The translations under genes and the position numbers were made by a program. A stretch of 58,170 bases of DNA from a virus (taxonomy: Duplodnaviria; Caudoviricetes): positions 1-58,170 of the IMG/VR virus record IMGVR_UViG_3300010393_000011. One strand, written 5' to 3'. Below are positions 57,049 to 58,170 of this stretch, one piece after another. Below the pieces are notes generated by a model that had not been told where the DNA came from, made no database searches, and was given only the letters and a program-made list of their open reading frames with translations. Position 1 is the stretch's first letter; every line of letters starts with the position of its first letter.

Positions 57049-58170
57049 ATGGCCCGGCCATACAAACGCGGAAATAAGTGGTATATATACGTCACCCATA
57101 AGGGTCAGCGCGTCCGAAAGTCTATCGGTACCTCCAAGGCCCTCGCCCAGAAATATCAGAGCATGATTGAAACAGATCTGATGCGGGGAGAATTGAAGCT
57201 GGATGTATCCGATTGCTCAATCGAAAGGCTTTTCACCGATTACCTGGAGTACTCTGCCATCAATCATCGGCCCTCCACCACCAGGCGCTATGAGGGGGCA
57301 ATCAGATATTTCCATATATTCCTCGGTCACTTTTATCCCCGGGTAAAACGGGTTGGCCAGCTCAGCCTGAATGTCTTCGAAAAATATAAGCATTTCAGAC
57401 GCACCACCGATCCAAAGTCAATCAATGCTCAGCTCTCCGGGGACATGAGATATCCAGCCAACTGCACCGTCGCGAAAACCAAAACCGTCAATTATGAAAT
57501 CAAAACCCTGAAGTCAGTTTTTGAATTTGGAATCAGGAGAGGCCTGTGCAGCGTAAATCCGGCCAGGGGGGTTTCGCTTCTCAGGATTGACGATGCTAAG
57601 CAGCCGCGTTTTTTGTCCGGAGATGAATGTCAGATTTTACTGGAGAATGCCGGTAGTGAATACCCCATTTATTTCACCTTATTAAATACGGGGCTTCGCC
57701 TGGGGGAGCTTCTGAACTTGCAGTGGAGCGATATCAATTTCTCACGGAAGGTGCTTATGGTGCGGGGCAAGAGCGACTGGAAACCCAAGGCCGGAGAAAG
57801 AGAGATACCACTCAATCAAGGGGTCTTGAATTTGCTTAGAGATATCAAGCCCAAACGGGCCCGGAAGTCCGATTATGTCTTTCAATTCAAGCGCCGGGAC
57901 ACGGCCGCTCGGATATTGAGAAAGCGCCTGGCACGCCTCTGCAGAGAGCATGGTCTTGAGGCTTTTAGCCTGCATGATCTCAGGCATACTTTTGCCAGTC
58001 AGCTGGTGATGAACGGGGTCGATCTGGCAACTGTTCAGCAGCTGCTCGGGCATCGGGATATCCAGACCACCATGATCTATGCCCACCTGGCGCCCGACCA
58101 TTTGGCCGGGGCGGTCAGAAAACTCGATTCCATTCTGCCACAAATCTGCCACAAACGGGGTAAGACCTAA
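57049..58170 (+). CDS. int: Tyrosine integrase
   Basis: N-terminal arm-binding region, TGLRLGEL, HDLRHTFAS, LGH, TMIYAH. Confidence 0.96.
   Translation: MARPYKRGNKWYIYVTHKGQRVRKSIGTSKALAQKYQSMIETDLMRGELKLDVSDCSIERLFTDYLEYSAINHRPSTTRRYEGAIRYFHIFLGHFYPRVKRVGQLSLNVFEKYKHFRRTTDPKSINAQLSGDMRYPANCTVAKTKTVNYEIKTLKSVFEFGIRRGLCSVNPARGVSLLRIDDAKQPRFLSGDECQILLENAGSEYPIYFTLLNTGLRLGELLNLQWSDINFSRKVLMVRGKSDWKPKAGEREIPLNQGVLNLLRDIKPKRARKSDYVFQFKRRDTAARILRKRLARLCREHGLEAFSLHDLRHTFASQLVMNGVDLATVQQLLGHRDIQTTMIYAHLAPDHLAGAVRKLDSILPQICHKRGKT
58134..58155 (+). repeat. Tandem 11-bp repeat, putative integrase arm-type sites
   Basis: TCTGCCACAAA x2 at the 3' end of int. Confidence 0.55.

Larger units (their letters stand above)
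1..58170. mobile_element. Temperate siphovirus / prophage, near-complete
   Basis: Lysis, tail, head, packaging, replication, immunity and integrase modules in lambdoid order; tape measure present and no sheath gene; att core not visible in the window. Confidence 0.93.

Overview
The window is a near-complete temperate siphovirus genome or prophage from a diderm bacterium. Read right to left on the minus strand, the early operon (48385 to ~32870) encodes an AbrB-like protein, excisionase, a single-chain SbcD-SbcC fusion, a HerA-like ATPase, Gp37/68, a replication initiator, DnaB, RusA and a small Mor-like activator. The late operon (31722 to 124) encodes terS, terL, portal, MuF, DUF2213 protease, capsid, an 8-gene glycosyltransferase/radical-SAM/methyl/sulfotransferase block, neck and tail genes, a GTA-type tail tip, and a lysis cassette. 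The plus strand carries a CI-like repressor, morons (a DUF2335 pair, an OmpW-like protein), an AT-richer five-gene cassette (NurA-like, HerA, GHKL ATPase, radical SAM, DUF3800 plus a structured 3' RNA) and a tyrosine integrase ending at the window edge. Three things stand out: (1) two solitary type I-C CRISPR repeats in the early operon with no cas genes, one inside a four-box RNA switch and one next to a perfect-SD minigene; (2) the NurA-HerA-GHKL-rSAM-DUF3800 cassette as a candidate uncharacterised defence system; (3) the capsid-linked glycan synthesis and tailoring operon. All family calls come from reading motifs by eye; no database searches were run.
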